NCBI GenBank assembly: GCA_964016885.1
Contig: OZ024741.1
Coordinates: forward strand, 265,236,001-265,300,000
Direction of reading: 5' to 3'
Length of the DNA stretch: 64,000 bases
Source: Eledone cirrhosa
Taxonomy: Eukaryota
In this document: positions 1-13,500 of the stretch, piece by piece
Layout of the letters: each line of letters starts with the position of its first letter
Numbering within the stretch: the stretch's first letter is position 1
Notes under the pieces: model-generated
Seen by the model: only the letters and a program-made list of their open reading frames with translations
Told to the model about the DNA's origin: nothing
Database searches by the model: none
Program-made: the position numbers and the translations under genes

Positions 1-859
1 TAGACATTTTAAAATAAGCAGTTCTGTATCATATAACCAGGGGTGTGTTTTCAGGTGCTTTGGTATCAAAAGGGTTAAGACAGGAGGATATGATTTGAGG
101 GAGATCTAGCTATTATTTCTAGCATGCTGAGCGACCACATAGTGCCTAATTCACCAGCTGTTCACATGTTTTGTTTCTTCTTATTTATATTTGCTTGTTT
201 TGTTGTTGTTGTTATCCATTTTTTTTCTCCCACTAACCTATCATTCTTCTTCCTACCCACCCTGGAATATCAGTTTATCAGAGAGACAGTATATAGCTGG
301 GTTATTGTATTGAAGAAGAATTATTTTAGCCATTCAAAAACACACAAAATACACACAACAGCAGCATATGCTAACTACTCCATTAGCAATGAAAACATAT
401 GTCTGAGTTTGCAACAAATGTGCTGACTCATATACTGAAGTACATCTCTCAAACTAGAAATACAAGTCAAAGAACACATCCTCACAATTGCTTCTTTTGT
501 CAAAAAACACCAACAGAAATGTCAAACCCAAGATATCAAAGTTACTATAGAGGTCACTGAATGAAACATTGGGAACTTAAAACACAAAAATACTATACTT
601 GTTAATATATTAAAACATCTCATTAACAGTAGTTATAAGTTGAAGCTAATTGACTATTATGAGTATACAGGTTTGTGCATGTTACTATCTCTTTAATCCA
701 ATATCTGCACATAAGAGCTCCACTCATCACCTACACATTCTATTATCGTTCTTCAGAAAAAAGGGGACATGACCATGAAATAACATGAAACATAAAGTAA
801 AAGTGTAAAAGTAAATTGCTGTTGTGTTTATGTTTATCATTGAATTATTAAAACTGTTT

Positions 860-1000
860 AAGCTTGACTGTTGGATCCAGCTGTTGAAAGAGCCGGGGCT
901 CAGTCGTCGGGGTCCTGAATTTTTCATATTACCCACTCTACTACTCCAAGTATCAAGTACTCTTGTCAGTAATGGTCTAACTGGTTTTTACTGCCTCCAT

Positions 1001-1003
<3 letters not shown>
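860..1003. mobile_element. Diverged copy of the hairpin-containing short element family (see 7742, 18193, 39966)
   Basis: Shares the 'cagtcgtcggggtc...cccactctactactccaagtatcaagtactct' tail with the other copies; abuts (TA)n. Confidence 0.55.
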
Positions 1004-1044
<41 letters not shown>

Positions 1045-1067
1045 ATTGGTTTAAGTTTGACAATAAT

Positions 1068-1262
1068 AATAATTGTTTCTACTTTTCGCACAAGGCCAGC
1101 AATTACCCAGTGTATTACTGGTACTTTATTTTATCGATCCCGTAAGGATGAAAGGCAAAGTTAACCTCGGCGGGATTTGAACTCCGTCTGTAAAGGGATG
1201 TAACTCTATGCGTCAAAGCATGGCGTCCGACCCTCTACCGATACTGCCAATCCACCGCCCTG
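1068..1262 (-). mobile_element. tRNA-derived SINE, family A
   Basis: Reverse complement has an A-box-like TGGCAGTATCGG and B-box GAGTTCAAATCC followed by the shared body 'cgccgaggttaactttgcctttcatcc...gtagaaacaattatt'; about a dozen copies in the window. Confidence 0.85.
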
Positions 1263-1289
1263 ACAATAATAATAATGATATTAATAATA

Positions 1290-1790
1290 TGATCTCTTTA
1301 TTAGCCACATAGGGCTCACGTTAAAAAAAAAACATTAATGATAGCAGAGGATGGTACAGTGTGGGTTTTTTGTGAGTAAAACAAGTTTTAATAAAAACAA
1401 AAGCAAATTTCTCAATAGGAAGGAGACTTCTGAGGGTCATTCATAGAGAAAGCCCACATAAAAACAATGGTTACCCTGACCACTAAAACAAATGACCACT
1501 CCATGTTGTCCTCCTCCAATCTACTGGCACATACTCAGAGCAAATCCATTTACTGGGGCCTTGCTCACCACTCTCACCCACCTTTCAAAAGACTGCTTAG
1601 AAGGCAGCACTTTCCTTCTCCACCATAATTTTCCTTTTCAAGTGAAACCTGAAGAGGAAAGCCCTTGTCTTCGACCCTTTTAAACATGTCCACAACATGA
1701 CTTCTTTCACCATGGGCACCAGGCAGATAAAAACTGCCTGCCCTTCCCAGCTAAAAGAAAGTAGAAGGGCAATAGACAGATCAAAAGATA
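1290..1790 (-). mobile_element. Old degenerate 3' fragment of a Tx1/L1-type LINE related to the 57-62 kb element
   Basis: Minus-strand translation GQAVFICLVPMVKEVMLWTCLKG...FRFHLKRKI...RVVSKAPVNG aligns with the ORF2 C-terminus AVFLCVIAMAKEVVWWTRLKG...FRYHFGRRI...KVARMARVNG; similar 3' end gccct(at/a)gtggc-aataaa. Confidence 0.8.
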
Positions 1791-1960
1791 TAAAGACACA
1801 GGGCTAATATGATGCTTAGATCCTTGTTGCTACAAAGTGAAATTTATAACCACACTGACAAATGTTTGTGTCTGTCTTCTACACCATCTATATCACATAC
1901 ACACATAGACATACAGATGTATGTGAGTGTTTGTATATATATATATATGTGTGTGTGTGT

Positions 1961-2010
<50 letters not shown>

Positions 2011-2017
2011 GTATGCA

Positions 2018-2078
<61 letters not shown>

Positions 2079-2442
2079 AACTAATCTTCTGACTAAGAGA
2101 GTGAGAATGCGTGGCTGTGACAAGACCAAAGCTGAAAACTGTGTCAAAATAGTTTTTTGCCTTCTGTTAACATTTAAACAGATGAGGAGATAACTCTTAC
2201 TCTTGCTCCTACCCCAGCACCTCATTAGCATACTGTTGCTCTACTGCAGGTGTCTGTCCTCCTCCTCTTCCTCCCCTAACACCCACAAGATATGGACCAA
2301 GGAAGTAATGCCACACCCTATATCATCCCTCTACTGGTATCATTCCCCCACTTTCTCTCTCTCTCTCTCTCTCTTGTCTTGGTCTGTGTATAAACAGATG
2401 TGTTTCTCTTCCTTTTCTTTCCCCTTGTTAATATCCTGGCAG

Positions 2443-2652
2443 TACCACCACCACCACCACCTACAACAAGAACACAAACAACAACACCCTCAACATCAGC
2501 AATACAACAACCACCAACAACAACACTGCCACCACCACCACCAACAACACCACCACCACCACCACCACCAACAACACCACCACCACCAGCAGCAACAACA
2601 ACTACAGTAACACTACTACCATCACCAACTGCAACACCACTGCCATCAAACT
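2443..2652 (+). CDS. Candidate Pro/Thr-rich mucin-like exon (70 codons, phase 1-1)
   Basis: Long pyrimidine tract plus ctggcAG acceptor at 2441-2442; open frame PPPPPPTTRTQTTTPSTSAIQQPPTTT...SPTATPLPSN; weak GTAAAC donor at 2653. Could simply be a CAC/CAA microsatellite. Confidence 0.3.
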
Positions 2653-2944
2653 GTAAACTATCTTCTCCCTTCCTTTTCCTAGTCCCTATTACTAATAGTA
2701 TTAGCCTAAGTTCAAGCAAGAACATCAGAGCTATCAATCTCATCAAACTGCCTCCACCCCTCCACATCCACACATCCTCTCTAGCTTGCCTTGAGGGAGT
2801 CTGGGTCAGAAAGTGTAAAAGCACCCACCCACCCCCAACACCATCCCCACCACCACCACCACCAACCGCTTCTCCACCTCCATCATCAGACAAACTAATT
2901 AATGTACCGATCCTTCTAATCTACCATTCCTATTTCATGTGCCA

Positions 2945-3460
2945 GCTTCAGGATTCAGTAATCAGAAAGGAGAAAGGCATAAAAGCCAAACTCCCTGTCT
3001 TCAATTCGATATTCACATTCAAGCCAACCCTTACCCATGGTTATGAATCTTGGGTAATGACCATAAGAATATGATTGCAAATAGGAGCGGCCAATATGGG
3101 ATTCCTCCAAAGGGTCTTTGGAGGAACGTTATATGATAGAGTGCAAGCTCAGAGATTGGAGAGTCACTCCAGGTAGAGCCGCTACTTCTCCGAACTGAGA
3201 GATGACAGCTCCGATACTATGGTCATGTGGTTAGAATGTCTCAGGAAAGAATCACAAATCCAACAAGCAAAGGACACAGGGGTAGAACCCCAAGCAAGAT
3301 GGTTGGGTAACATCCATTAGCTTGGCTCATCTCGTTTGGGGATCCAGCCAGATCAGTTGGAGAGGGTTGCTTCTGACAGGACCCACTGGAAGGAATGTTT
3401 GAGGAGTCAGCCGCCCCACGACACTCCCAGAATTAAGTGGGCGAAGAAGAAGAAGAACCC
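2945..3460 (+). mobile_element. Degenerate RTE-type LINE 3' fragment
   Basis: Interrupted translation KAKLPVFNSI..PTLTHGYESWVMT...QLRYYGHVVRMSQ...DRTHWKECL, typical of the RTE ORF C-terminus; (GAA)n tail. Confidence 0.75.
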
Positions 3461-3549
3461 ACTTTTTCCTCCATATGAAGTGTGGTAAATAACTTATCAG
3501 ATACCACAGATTACAACACTTTCTTCTAACACCCCTTCTAATCCACCAC

Positions 3550-3718
3550 CAGGCTGGACGCCATGCTTTGCAGCGTAGAGTTATGTCCCTTTACGGTCTG
3601 AGTTCAAATCCCGCCGAGGTTAACTTTGCCTTTCATCCTTACAGGGGTCGATAAAATAAAGTACCGGTAATACACTGGGATAATTACTGGCCTTGTGCCA
3701 AAAGTAGAAACAATTATT
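3550..3718 (+). mobile_element. SINE family A (5' truncated)
   Basis: GAGTTCAAATCCcgccgaggttaac...gtagaaacaattatt. Confidence 0.85.
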
Positions 3719-3889
3719 TGATGGGATAACCCCACCCTGTATGGAATACTCCCCATTACAACACTTTCTCTGCCTCCAACTTCATCACTTCAGTCACAAA
3801 CCCTGGCACCGCCACCTCGAATGTAGAGGAGTGGAAGATAGTTAAATACCAGGCAATGTCTAGATGTTTCTTTTTTTGTGCCAATCAAC

Positions 3890-4150
3890 ATCAAGACATC
3901 CACTCTCCCCAGTCCCCAGGTTGTCATGGAGACCTCCACTCTCCCTGGTCCCCAGGTTGTCATGGAGACATCCACTGTCCTCGGTGTCCTAGTTGTCATG
4001 GAGACCTCCACTAACTCGGTGTCCTAGGCCCCCAAGGTTGTCATGGAGATCTCCACTATCCTCAGTCCCCAGGTTACCATGGAAACCTCCGGTGTCCTAG
4101 GTCCCAATGTTGCCATGGAGACTGCTGCTGTCCCCAGTCCCCAGATTGCC
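3890..4150 (+). repeat. Degenerate 36-bp tandem repeat (about 7 units)
   Basis: Unit gttgtcatggagacctccactctccctggtccccag; reads VVMETSTLPGPQ in one frame but is broken by indels and a stop near 4025. Confidence 0.75.
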
Positions 4151-4760
4151 ATCAACACTGCACAAGACGTCACCAGCCTCAACACAACACAACACCTACC
4201 ACAACACAACCGACCCCTTCTCATATTTCTAGATACCCAATTCTGACATCTGCTATCTGCTGCAGTATGAAACTAAGCAGGAAGTTCTTCAGAAGAAGGC
4301 AATGTGATATAATATAATAGCAATACTAAGAGACAAAAAGACTAACAGACACTCACACATTGGTAATAATAATAATGATAATAATATAAAATAAATAAAT
4401 AGATAAATATGCCTGGCAGGCAGGCAGACAAACATACTGGCAAACAAACATACAGACGAACAGACAGACAGACAGACAGACAAACAGGCAGACAGTCAGA
4501 CGAACAGAGAGACAAACAGACAGACAGACGAACAGAGAGACAGACAAACTGGTGGGTGTTTGCTAAATAATGGAAAACAGAACCACATTTTTGTAGAAGC
4601 CATTTGCAAATAATTATATATATTGCATTAGTAGATTTTACACATATATACACACACACATACATACATGTATATGTGTGTGTATATGTGCATTTTATAT
4701 ACATGCATTTTTTATTTTACATACATATTATGTCTGTGTATATATATATGTACACTCCCT

Positions 4761-4802
<42 letters not shown>

Positions 4803-4871
4803 TATCAAGAATCGGAATCTCGGCCCACGAAATAACGAATATATATATATATATACAGACATATATAAATA

Positions 4872-4949
<78 letters not shown>

Positions 4950-4953
<4 letters not shown>

Positions 4954-5135
4954 ATTGTTTCTACTTTAGGCACAAGGCCAGCAATTACCCAGTGCATTAC
5001 TGGTACTTTATTTCATCGACCCCATAAGGATGAAAGGCAAAGTCAACCTCGGCGGGATTTGAACTCAGATCGTAAAGGGACGTAACTGTGCTGCAAAGCA
5101 TGGCGTCCGACCCTCTACTGATACTGCCAATCCAC
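4950..5135 (-). mobile_element. SINE family A
   Basis: Near-identical to the 1068-1262 copy. Confidence 0.85.
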
Positions 5136-5294
5136 TATACACATAATGTAAACATACATACACAACACAAGGTCATTGTCCTTTATAAAGCAGGGGTTAG
5201 CCATGCAGCCTATCCATCAACAGGATAGATTGCTTCTAAACTGGATATATATACTTAATAAATATGTCTATATTTGCACAGATGTATAAATATA

Positions 5295-5334
<40 letters not shown>

Positions 5335-5639
5335 CACATTATATTCATTATATATATATCAACATACATAGTATATATAAGTACACATGTGTGTGCATAT
5401 ATAAATATATATTATATAATTTATATATATATATACATTATGTATATCATCATCATCATCATCATCTTCGTTTAACGTCCATTTTCCATGCTAGCATGGA
5501 TACATATACATATTTACATTATATATATATATATATGGATGTATATATAGTGTATTTTGCAATACACTGTATGCTTAATTAAAAGCATTTTAAAGACCAT
5601 ACGCTATTGTTTTAAAATAGTGACAATGTCACTTAATTA

Positions 5640-5876
5640 AATTTTCAGCAAACAGGGGAGATAAACTGACAGAGCTCTGTTTCGTACTTTTTGGTACTTA
5701 TCAAAGCTCACTACTCCTCCTGTTTGCTGAAAATGGTGTGTGTTGGATTCTTATAGAATTCCAGTAATAATTAGGAACTGATTATACAGAGCGGTCGCAG
5801 GTCCAACAGAAATTGAAAATTAGAATTGGTGTTCTGAAATAGCGATATACAATCAGTTCCTGATTATTACTGGAAT
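5640..5876. repeat. Two adjacent inverted repeats; the first encloses a decayed hammerhead-like motif
   Basis: ttttcagcaaacagg/cctgtttgctgaaaa and attccagtaataattaggaactgatt/aatcagttcctgattattactggaat; minus strand gagct-TTGATAA-gtac-caaaaa-gtac-GAAA-cag-agctc. Confidence 0.65.
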
Positions 5877-6170
5877 GGCTTAGTGGTTAGAGCATTGGCC
5901 CAGCAATCGAAAGGTTGTGAGTTCAATTCTCAGACCGGGTGATGTGTTGTTTCCTTGAGCAAGACACTTTATTTCACATTGCTCCAGTTTACTTAGCTGT
6001 ACAAATGTACATTCCACTGCAAAGTGGTCGTGTAGGTGCCACAGCAAAAAGCACCCAGCACTCACCGTAAATGAGGTTGGTGTTAGGAAGGGCATCCAGC
6101 TGTAGAAATCAAACCAGAATCAGTTCCACCCTTGCAAGCAGGGAAAAGTTGACGTAAAATGATGATGATA
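5875..6170 (+). mobile_element. tRNA-derived SINE, family B, with RTE-like 3' tail
   Basis: A-box TGGCTTAGTGG, B-box GAGTTCAATTC, core 'ccttgagcaagacactttatttcac', tail 'ggaagggcatccagc...gacgtaaaatgatgat'. Confidence 0.85.
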
Positions 6171-6249
6171 TATATATATACATACACATTATATATATAT
6201 ATATATACATTATATATATACATATATATATATACATACATATATATAT

Positions 6250-6562
6250 ATCATCATCATTTTTACGTCCGCTTTTCCCTGCTTGCAAGGGTGGGACGGG
6301 AACTGATTCTGGCTTGATTTCTACAGCTGGATGCCCTTCCTAACACCAACCTCATTTACTGTGAGTGCTGGGTGCTTTTTGCCGTGGCACCTCCACGACC
6401 ACTCTGCAGTGGAATGATAGGAACCCCAGTCTCTATCATCTCATTTCTACAGCTGAGTAAACTGGAGCAATGTGAAATAAAGTGTCTTGCTCAAGGAAAC
6501 AACACATCACCCGGTCTGAGAATTGAACTCACAACCTTTCGATTGCAAGGCCAATGCTCTAA

Positions 6563-6565
<3 letters not shown>
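6250..6565 (-). mobile_element. SINE family B, inverted relative to 5875-6170
   Basis: Reverse-complement match along most of its length. Confidence 0.85.
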
Positions 6566-6627
<62 letters not shown>

Positions 6628-6631
6628 TATA

Positions 6632-6778
6632 TAATTGTTTCTACTTTTGGTATTACTGGTACTTTATTTTAACAACCCCGTAAGGATGAAAGGCAAAGTT
6701 AACCTCGGCGGGATTTGAACTCAGAATGGCAAGGGCCGTAACTCTTTGCTGCAAAGCATGGCGTCAGACCCTCTACCA
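6632..6778 (-). mobile_element. SINE family A
   Basis: Shared body and B-box. Confidence 0.8.
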
Positions 6779-6850
6779 TATATATATATATATATAATGT
6801 GTATATATTTATATGTATATATACACACATATATATATATACACACATTA

Positions 6851-6885
<35 letters not shown>

Positions 6886-6920
6886 TAAAATAACAGATTA
6901 AAGTTTAAGCAAAGAATATA

Positions 6921-6983
<63 letters not shown>

Positions 6984-7741
6984 TATTTATATATATACAT
7001 CTATGGAAAGTTGAGGTGGTCTGTATGGACAAGAAATGTTTTCATTAGTAAATCTGAAGTTTTTATGTTGGTATACCTTTGGGAGAAGAGTTTCTTTTGT
7101 TTAGGCTTACTCTTTTATATAGGAGTGAGAAAACGTGTGTATGTGTGTGTGTATATATATATGTATGTATATAATATATATATGTGTGTGTATATGTTTG
7201 TATATATATATGTATATATATTATATATTATTTTCCTGGTGTCAGCCATTAGATTGTGGCCATATGTGTGTCTGTAGAGAGAGAGGTTGGGGTGGGGAAG
7301 GGGTGGAAGGGCGCAGTACCTATTTAAACAGATGTGTACCTAAATAATAAATATTTGCACATATATACACACACTCACTTACACACAACACACACCTATA
7401 CATGCAACATACAACACACACACAAACACTCACTTATATCTATATACACTATACACACTCACGCACACAAACAACACACACTCACACACACAAACACACT
7501 TACTAATACATATATGCACTATACACACACTCTCACACACAACACACACACTCTCACACACAACACACACACACACACTTACTAATATATATATATACAC
7601 TATTCACACACTTGCACACACTTATACACAACACACTCATACACCTATACACACACTCACATACACACCTACACACTCTTTCACACACACAACACAATAC
7701 ACACACAAACAATTACTAATATATATATATATATATATATA

Positions 7742-7938
7742 CGAAAATGTTCAAGACCCCGACGGCAGAGCTCAAGCCATTTCGATGGCTATTTCTGAGC
7801 CCAGAAATAGCCGTCGAAACGGCTCGAGTTCTGCAATAGGGGTTAAACATTTTCCTATTCCCCACTCTACTACCCTAAGTATTGAGTACTCTGGTGCGTT
7901 ATGGTCCACCTGGTTCCTTACCACACTTCCTTCGTTAT
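7742..7938. mobile_element. About 200-bp hairpin short element in (TA)n
   Basis: Stem cggcagagctcaagccatttcgatggctatttctg / cagaaatagccgtcgaaacggctcgagttctgc plus a conserved tail; repeated at 18193, 32090-32320, 39966, 47340, 49470. Confidence 0.8.
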
Positions 7939-8141
7939 ATATATACACACACACATCATGAGTTTCAAATTCAAATTTAACTTTCTATGGTTTGTTAAAA
8001 ATAACTACGAAACATTACATTAAGTCTATATATATAATTATGATGCAAGAAACCTTTTGTTGCTTATTTTGACTATTTTCATGGCAAAACTGTACACATT
8101 TCTCTCTCTAACTGTTGTCTTCTAATAAATAATTCCCATAG

Positions 8142-8156
8142 AACTGTTAGACTTTG
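8142..8156 (+). other. Candidate 15-nt micro-exon
   Basis: Branch-like CTCTAAC, acceptor ttcccatAG, exon aactgttagactttg, perfect GTAAGT donor at 8157. Confidence 0.4.
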
Positions 8157-8554
8157 GTAAGTTACTTGGTTAAATAAATAGACTTAGTAATAATAAATTT
8201 AAAAAAAAAACAGTAAAAGTTCTAAATTCTTTATCTTGACGTCTATTTTCCCTATTTTTTCTTTTTTTTTGTTAATTTTTTTTGTTTTGTTTTCTGTTTG
8301 TGTGTGGGTGTGTGTTTGTGTTTGTGTGTGTTTATGTGTGTTTATGTGCATGTGTGTGTGTATGTCAGTGTGCGTGTGTTTGTCGGTGTGTGTGTGTGTG
8401 TGTGTTTGTGCGTAGGTGTATGTGTGTTTGTGTTTGTGTATGTTTTGTGTTTGTGTGTGTATGTCAGTGTGCTTGTGTGTGTATTTGGTGGGTGCTGTGT
8501 TATTTTGTATATTTTTATCTTTATTTTTTGTAGGGTAGTTTTTTTATTTTCTAG

Positions 8555-8577
8555 GTTACTATGACAAGCTTACATGA
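8555..8577 (+). other. Candidate 23-nt micro-exon
   Basis: Acceptor tttttatttttctAG, exon gttactatgacaagcttacatga, perfect GTAAGT donor at 8578. Confidence 0.4.
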
Positions 8578-9129
8578 GTAAGTTCTTTGGCAAGATAGCT
8601 CCCAATACTTCTTCTTCTCTCTCTCTCTCTCTCACTCTCTCTCTCTTTCTCTCTCTCTATTTTATCTCCTGCATCTGCACATAAGTTATAAATCACATCA
8701 CGTAGTATCCACACACAAAAACACATATATATGTACACACGTACACACATACATGCATAAATACACACACACATATATATACGTACACGCATACATAAAT
8801 ACACACATATAAACACACACAGACATATATATATGCATATACATATGTATATACCTACATACAACTAGCTATCATCTGTGACTTTTTCACTTCCTCTCAG
8901 CATCTTTCTTACATAATATAATGATGTAAATATATCTGCCTGACTCTCTTCATTAGGTAACCAACTCACAGATGCTATACATTGACACTGTGGCCACATA
9001 ATGACTCCTCCCATTACTAGTATCAAAACACCCAGCTGCACTCCACATGTACTCACACTCCACGTCACCTACACTCCACTTCACCTACACTCCATTTCAC
9101 CCACACTCCACTATACTTTAGCCACTACT

Positions 9130-9775
9130 TTTCAAGAATCTCTTTGCTAATGCTGTTTCATGTGGTACAGGACGTTAAAAATAAATTTCTAGTTTTTTAA
9201 TTTTCAATTTTCAATTTTTTGCTAATGTGGTTTCCTGTGATTTGTTAATTCAAATGTTTATAGTACCTTTACTAGCAGACAAATTGTTAAGAACATTTTC
9301 AGTAAAGACTAATATATAATTGTTTCTACTTTTGGCACAAGACCAGCAATTATCCCAGTGTATTACTGGTACTTTATTTTATCGACCCCGTAAGGATGAA
9401 AGGCAAAGTTAACCTCGGCAGGATTTGAACTCAGACCATAAAGGCCGTAACTCTTTGCTGCAAAGCATGGCATCCGACCCTCTACCGATACTGCCAATCC
9501 ACCACCATGAGATAGTCATAGTGTTATTTTGTACTTTTCAAGAATGTCTTTGCTAATGCTGTTTCGTGTGGCACAGGATGTTAAAAATTAATCTCTAATT
9601 TTTAATTTTTAATTTTTAATTTTTAATTTCTTGATTTTTATATGCCGTTGTTAATGTGGTTTCGTGTGGTACAGGATGTTAAAAATTAATCTCTAATTTT
9701 TAATTTTTAATTTTAAATTTCTTGATTTTTATATGCCATTGTTAATGTGGTTTCATGTGGTACAGGATGTTAAGA
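9130..9775. repeat. Degenerate local tandem repeats (about 4 copies) interrupted by a family A SINE (9318-9506, minus)
   Basis: Recurrent taatg(c/t)tgtttc(a/g)tgtggtacaggatgttaaaaatt. Confidence 0.7.
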
Positions 9776-10511
9776 GTTATGTTCAGTGTCCCACTTTCAC
9801 ATTCTGAATTCAAGCTGCCAGAAAACAGCCCTGGTTCTATAAATATAAAATTGTTTTAAAATGTTTATGTTAATCTAAAAGTCTTGCATCATAATTATAT
9901 ATAAGTCACACCAGCCTAATGATGTGAAAGTTTGTTATATTATTAAATCCTTCCAAATTCTTGATTATTTTAAAAATTATTTGAAATTCATTGGCAGTGT
10001 CTTTCATTAGAAATATGGTAATGAAAGGGTTTAGTGCAGAATTGGTAGAATGTCGGACATCCTGCTTCGCGGCACAGAGTTACTACCCTGAGTTACGTTC
10101 TGAGTTACAATCCCTTAAACCTTCCATCATGATTTTATGTAAGAACCTTTGTTAGGTTATGTTCCAAATACCAGTTTAATAATGGTTTCTGATTTAGACA
10201 CAAGGACAAATATTTTTTTTTAGGGGAGGGAAAAGTCGATTATATTGATTCCAGTGAGTGACTGGTACTTTATTTTACTGAGTCCCACCCCTATAAGGAT
10301 GAAAGGCAAAGCTAACCTTGGTGGGGTTTGAACTACAGGCTGTAATTCTATGCTGTAAAGCAAGATGTCCGACATTCTAATGATTCTGCACTAAATCCTT
10401 GTTAATTGTTGATTATTTTCCAAATTATTGCAGCATCATTAGCAATGTTTCATTAGAAATATGGTAACGAGCAGGTTAACATATTTTCATGCTGGTCTCT
10501 TTGTTCATGTG

Positions 10512-13500
10512 CAGGCCAGTCTACAGCAAAATAGCCTCTCTCAGTAACTCAGCACAGGCCAGTCTGCAGCAGCATAGCCTCTCTTAGTCACACTGAACAG
10601 GCCAGTCTACAGTAACAGCCTCTCTCAGTCACTCAGCACAGGCCAGTCTACAGCAACATAGTCCCTCTCAGTCACTCAGCACAGGCCAGTCTACAGCAAC
10701 ATAGCCTCGCTCAGTCACTTCACTCAGCACAGGCCAGTCTGCAGCAACATAGCCTCCCTCAGTCACTCAACACAGGCCAGTCTGCAGCAACATAACCTCT
10801 CTCAGTCACTCAGAACAGGCCAGTCTGCAGCAACATAACCTCTCTCAGTCAGTCAACACAGGCCAGTCTGCAGCAACATAGCCTCCCTCAGTCACTCAAC
10901 ACAGGCCAGTCTGCAGCAACATAACCTCTCTCAGTCACTCAGCATAGGCCAGTCTCCAGCAACATAGCCTCTCTCAGTCACTCAGCACAGGCCAGTCTAC
11001 AGTAACAGCCTCTCTCAGTCACTCAGCACAGGCCAGTCTGCAGCAGCATAGCCTCTCTCAGTCACTCAGTACAGGCCAGTCTGCAGCAACATAGCCTCCC
11101 TCAGTCACTTCACTCAGCACAGGCCAGTCTCCAGCAACATAACCTCTCTCAGTCACTCAGCACAGGCCAGTCTCCACTAACATAACCTCTCTCAGTCACT
11201 CAGCACAGGCCAGTCTCCAGCAACATAACCTCTCTCAGTCACTCAGCACAGGCCAGTCCACAGCAACATAGCCTCCCTCAGTCACTCAACACAGGCCAGT
11301 CTCCAGCAACATAGCCTCTCCCAGTCACTCAGCACAGGCCAGTCTCCAGCAACATAACCTCTCTCAGTCACTCAACACAGGCCAGTCTCCAGCAACATAG
11401 CCTCTCTCACTCACTCAGCACAGGCCAGTCTCCAGCAACATAGCCTCTCTCAGTCACTCAGCACAGGCCAGTCTCCAGCAACATAACCTCTCTCAGTCAC
11501 TCAGCACAGGCCAGTCTCCAGCAACATAGCCTCTCTCACTCACTCAGCACAGGCCAGTCTCCAGCAACATAGCCTCTCTCAGTCACTCAGTACAAGCCAG
11601 TCTCCAGCAACATAGCCTCTCTCTGTCACTCAGAACAGGCCAGTCTCCAGCAACATAGCCTCTCTCAGTCAGTCAACACAGGCCAGTCTGCAGCAGCATA
11701 GCCTCTCTCACTCACTCAGCACAGGCCAGTCTCCAGCAACATAGCCTCTCTCAGTCACTCAGCACAGGCCAGTCTCCAGCAACATAACCTCTCTCAGTCA
11801 CTCAGCACAGGCCAGTTTCCAGCAACATAACCTCTCTCTGTCACTCAGCACAGGCCAGTCTCCAGCAACATAACCTCTCTCTGTCACTCAGCACAGGCCA
11901 GTCTGCAGCAACATAACCTCTCTCACTCACTCAGCACAGGCCAGTCTCCAGCAACATAGCCTCTCTCAGTCACTCAGTACAAGCCAGTCTCCAGCAACAT
12001 AACCTCTCTCAGTCACTCAGCACAGGCCAGTCTCCAGCAACATAACCTCTCTCACTCACTCAGCACAGGCCAGTCTCCAGCAACATAGCCTCTCTCAGTC
12101 ACTCAGTACAAGCCAGTCTCCAGCAACATAACCTCTCTCAGTCACTCAGCACAGGCCAGTCTCCAGCAACATAACCTCTCTCACTCACTCAGCACAGGCC
12201 AGTCTCCAGCAACATAACCTCTCTCAGTCACTCAGTACAGGCCAGTCTCCAGCAACATAACCTCTCTCACTCACTCAGCACAGGCCAGTCTCCAGCAACA
12301 TAGCCTCTCTCAGTCACTCAGTACAGGCCAGTCTCCAGCAACATAACCTCTCTCAGTCACTCAACACAGGCCAGTCTCCAGCAACATAACCTCTCTCAGT
12401 CACTCAGCACAGGCCAGTCTCCAGCAACATAACCTCTCTCTGTCACTCAGAACAGGCCAGTCTGCAGCAACATAGCCTCTCTCAGTCACTCAGCACAGGC
12501 CAGTCTCCAGCAACATAGCCTCTCTCAGTCACTCAGTACAGGCCAGTCTCCAGCAACATAGCCTCCCTCAGTCACTTCACTCAACACAGGCCAGTCTCCA
12601 GCAACATAACCTCTCTCACTCACTCAGCACAGGCCAGTCTCCAGCAACATAACCTCTCTCACTCACTCAGCACAGGCCAGTCTCCAGCAACATAACCTCT
12701 CTCAGTCACTCAGCACAGGCCAGTCTCCAGCAACATAGCCTCTCTCAGTCACTCAGCACAGGCCAGTCTCCAGCAACATAACCTCTCTTAGTCACTCAGC
12801 ACAGGCCAGTCTCCAGCAACATAGCCTCTCTCACTCACTCAGCACAGGCCAGTCTCCAGCAACATAGCCTCCCTCAGTCACTTCACTCAGCACAGGCGTC
12901 TCCAGCAACATAACCTCTCTCAGTCACTCAGCACAGGCCAGTCTACAGCAACATAGCCTCCCTCAGTCACTTCACTCAGCACAGGCCAGTCTCCAGCAAC
13001 AGCCTCCCTCAGTCACTCAGTACAGGCCAGTCTGCAGCAACATAACCTCTCTCAGTCACTCAGCACAGGCCAGTCTCCAGCAACATAGCCTCTCTCAGTC
13101 ACTCAGCACAGGCCAGTCTCCAGCAACATAACCTCTCTCTGTCACTCAGAACAGGCCAGTCTGCAGCAACATAGCCTCTCTCAGTCACTCAGCACAGGCC
13201 AGTCTCCAGCAACATAGCCTCTCTCAGTCACTCAGCACAGGCCAGTCTCCAGCAACATAGCCTCTCTCAGTCACTCAGCACAGGCCAGTCTGCAGCAACA
13301 TAGCCTATCTCTGTCACTCAGAACAGGCCAGTCTGCAGCAACATAACCTCTCTCAGTCACTCAGCACAGGCCAGTCTCCAGCAACATAACCTCTCTCAGT
13401 CACTCAGTACAGGCCAGTCTGCAGCAACATAGCCTCTCTCAGTCACTCAGTACAGGCCAGTCTGCAGCAACATAGCCTCCCTCAGTCACTTCACTCAGCA

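Noticed and set aside
8960-9070. Minus-strand exon reading GCFDTSNGRSHYVATVS with a GTGAGT donor
   Set aside because: The acceptor lacks a pyrimidine tract and there is no recognisable domain
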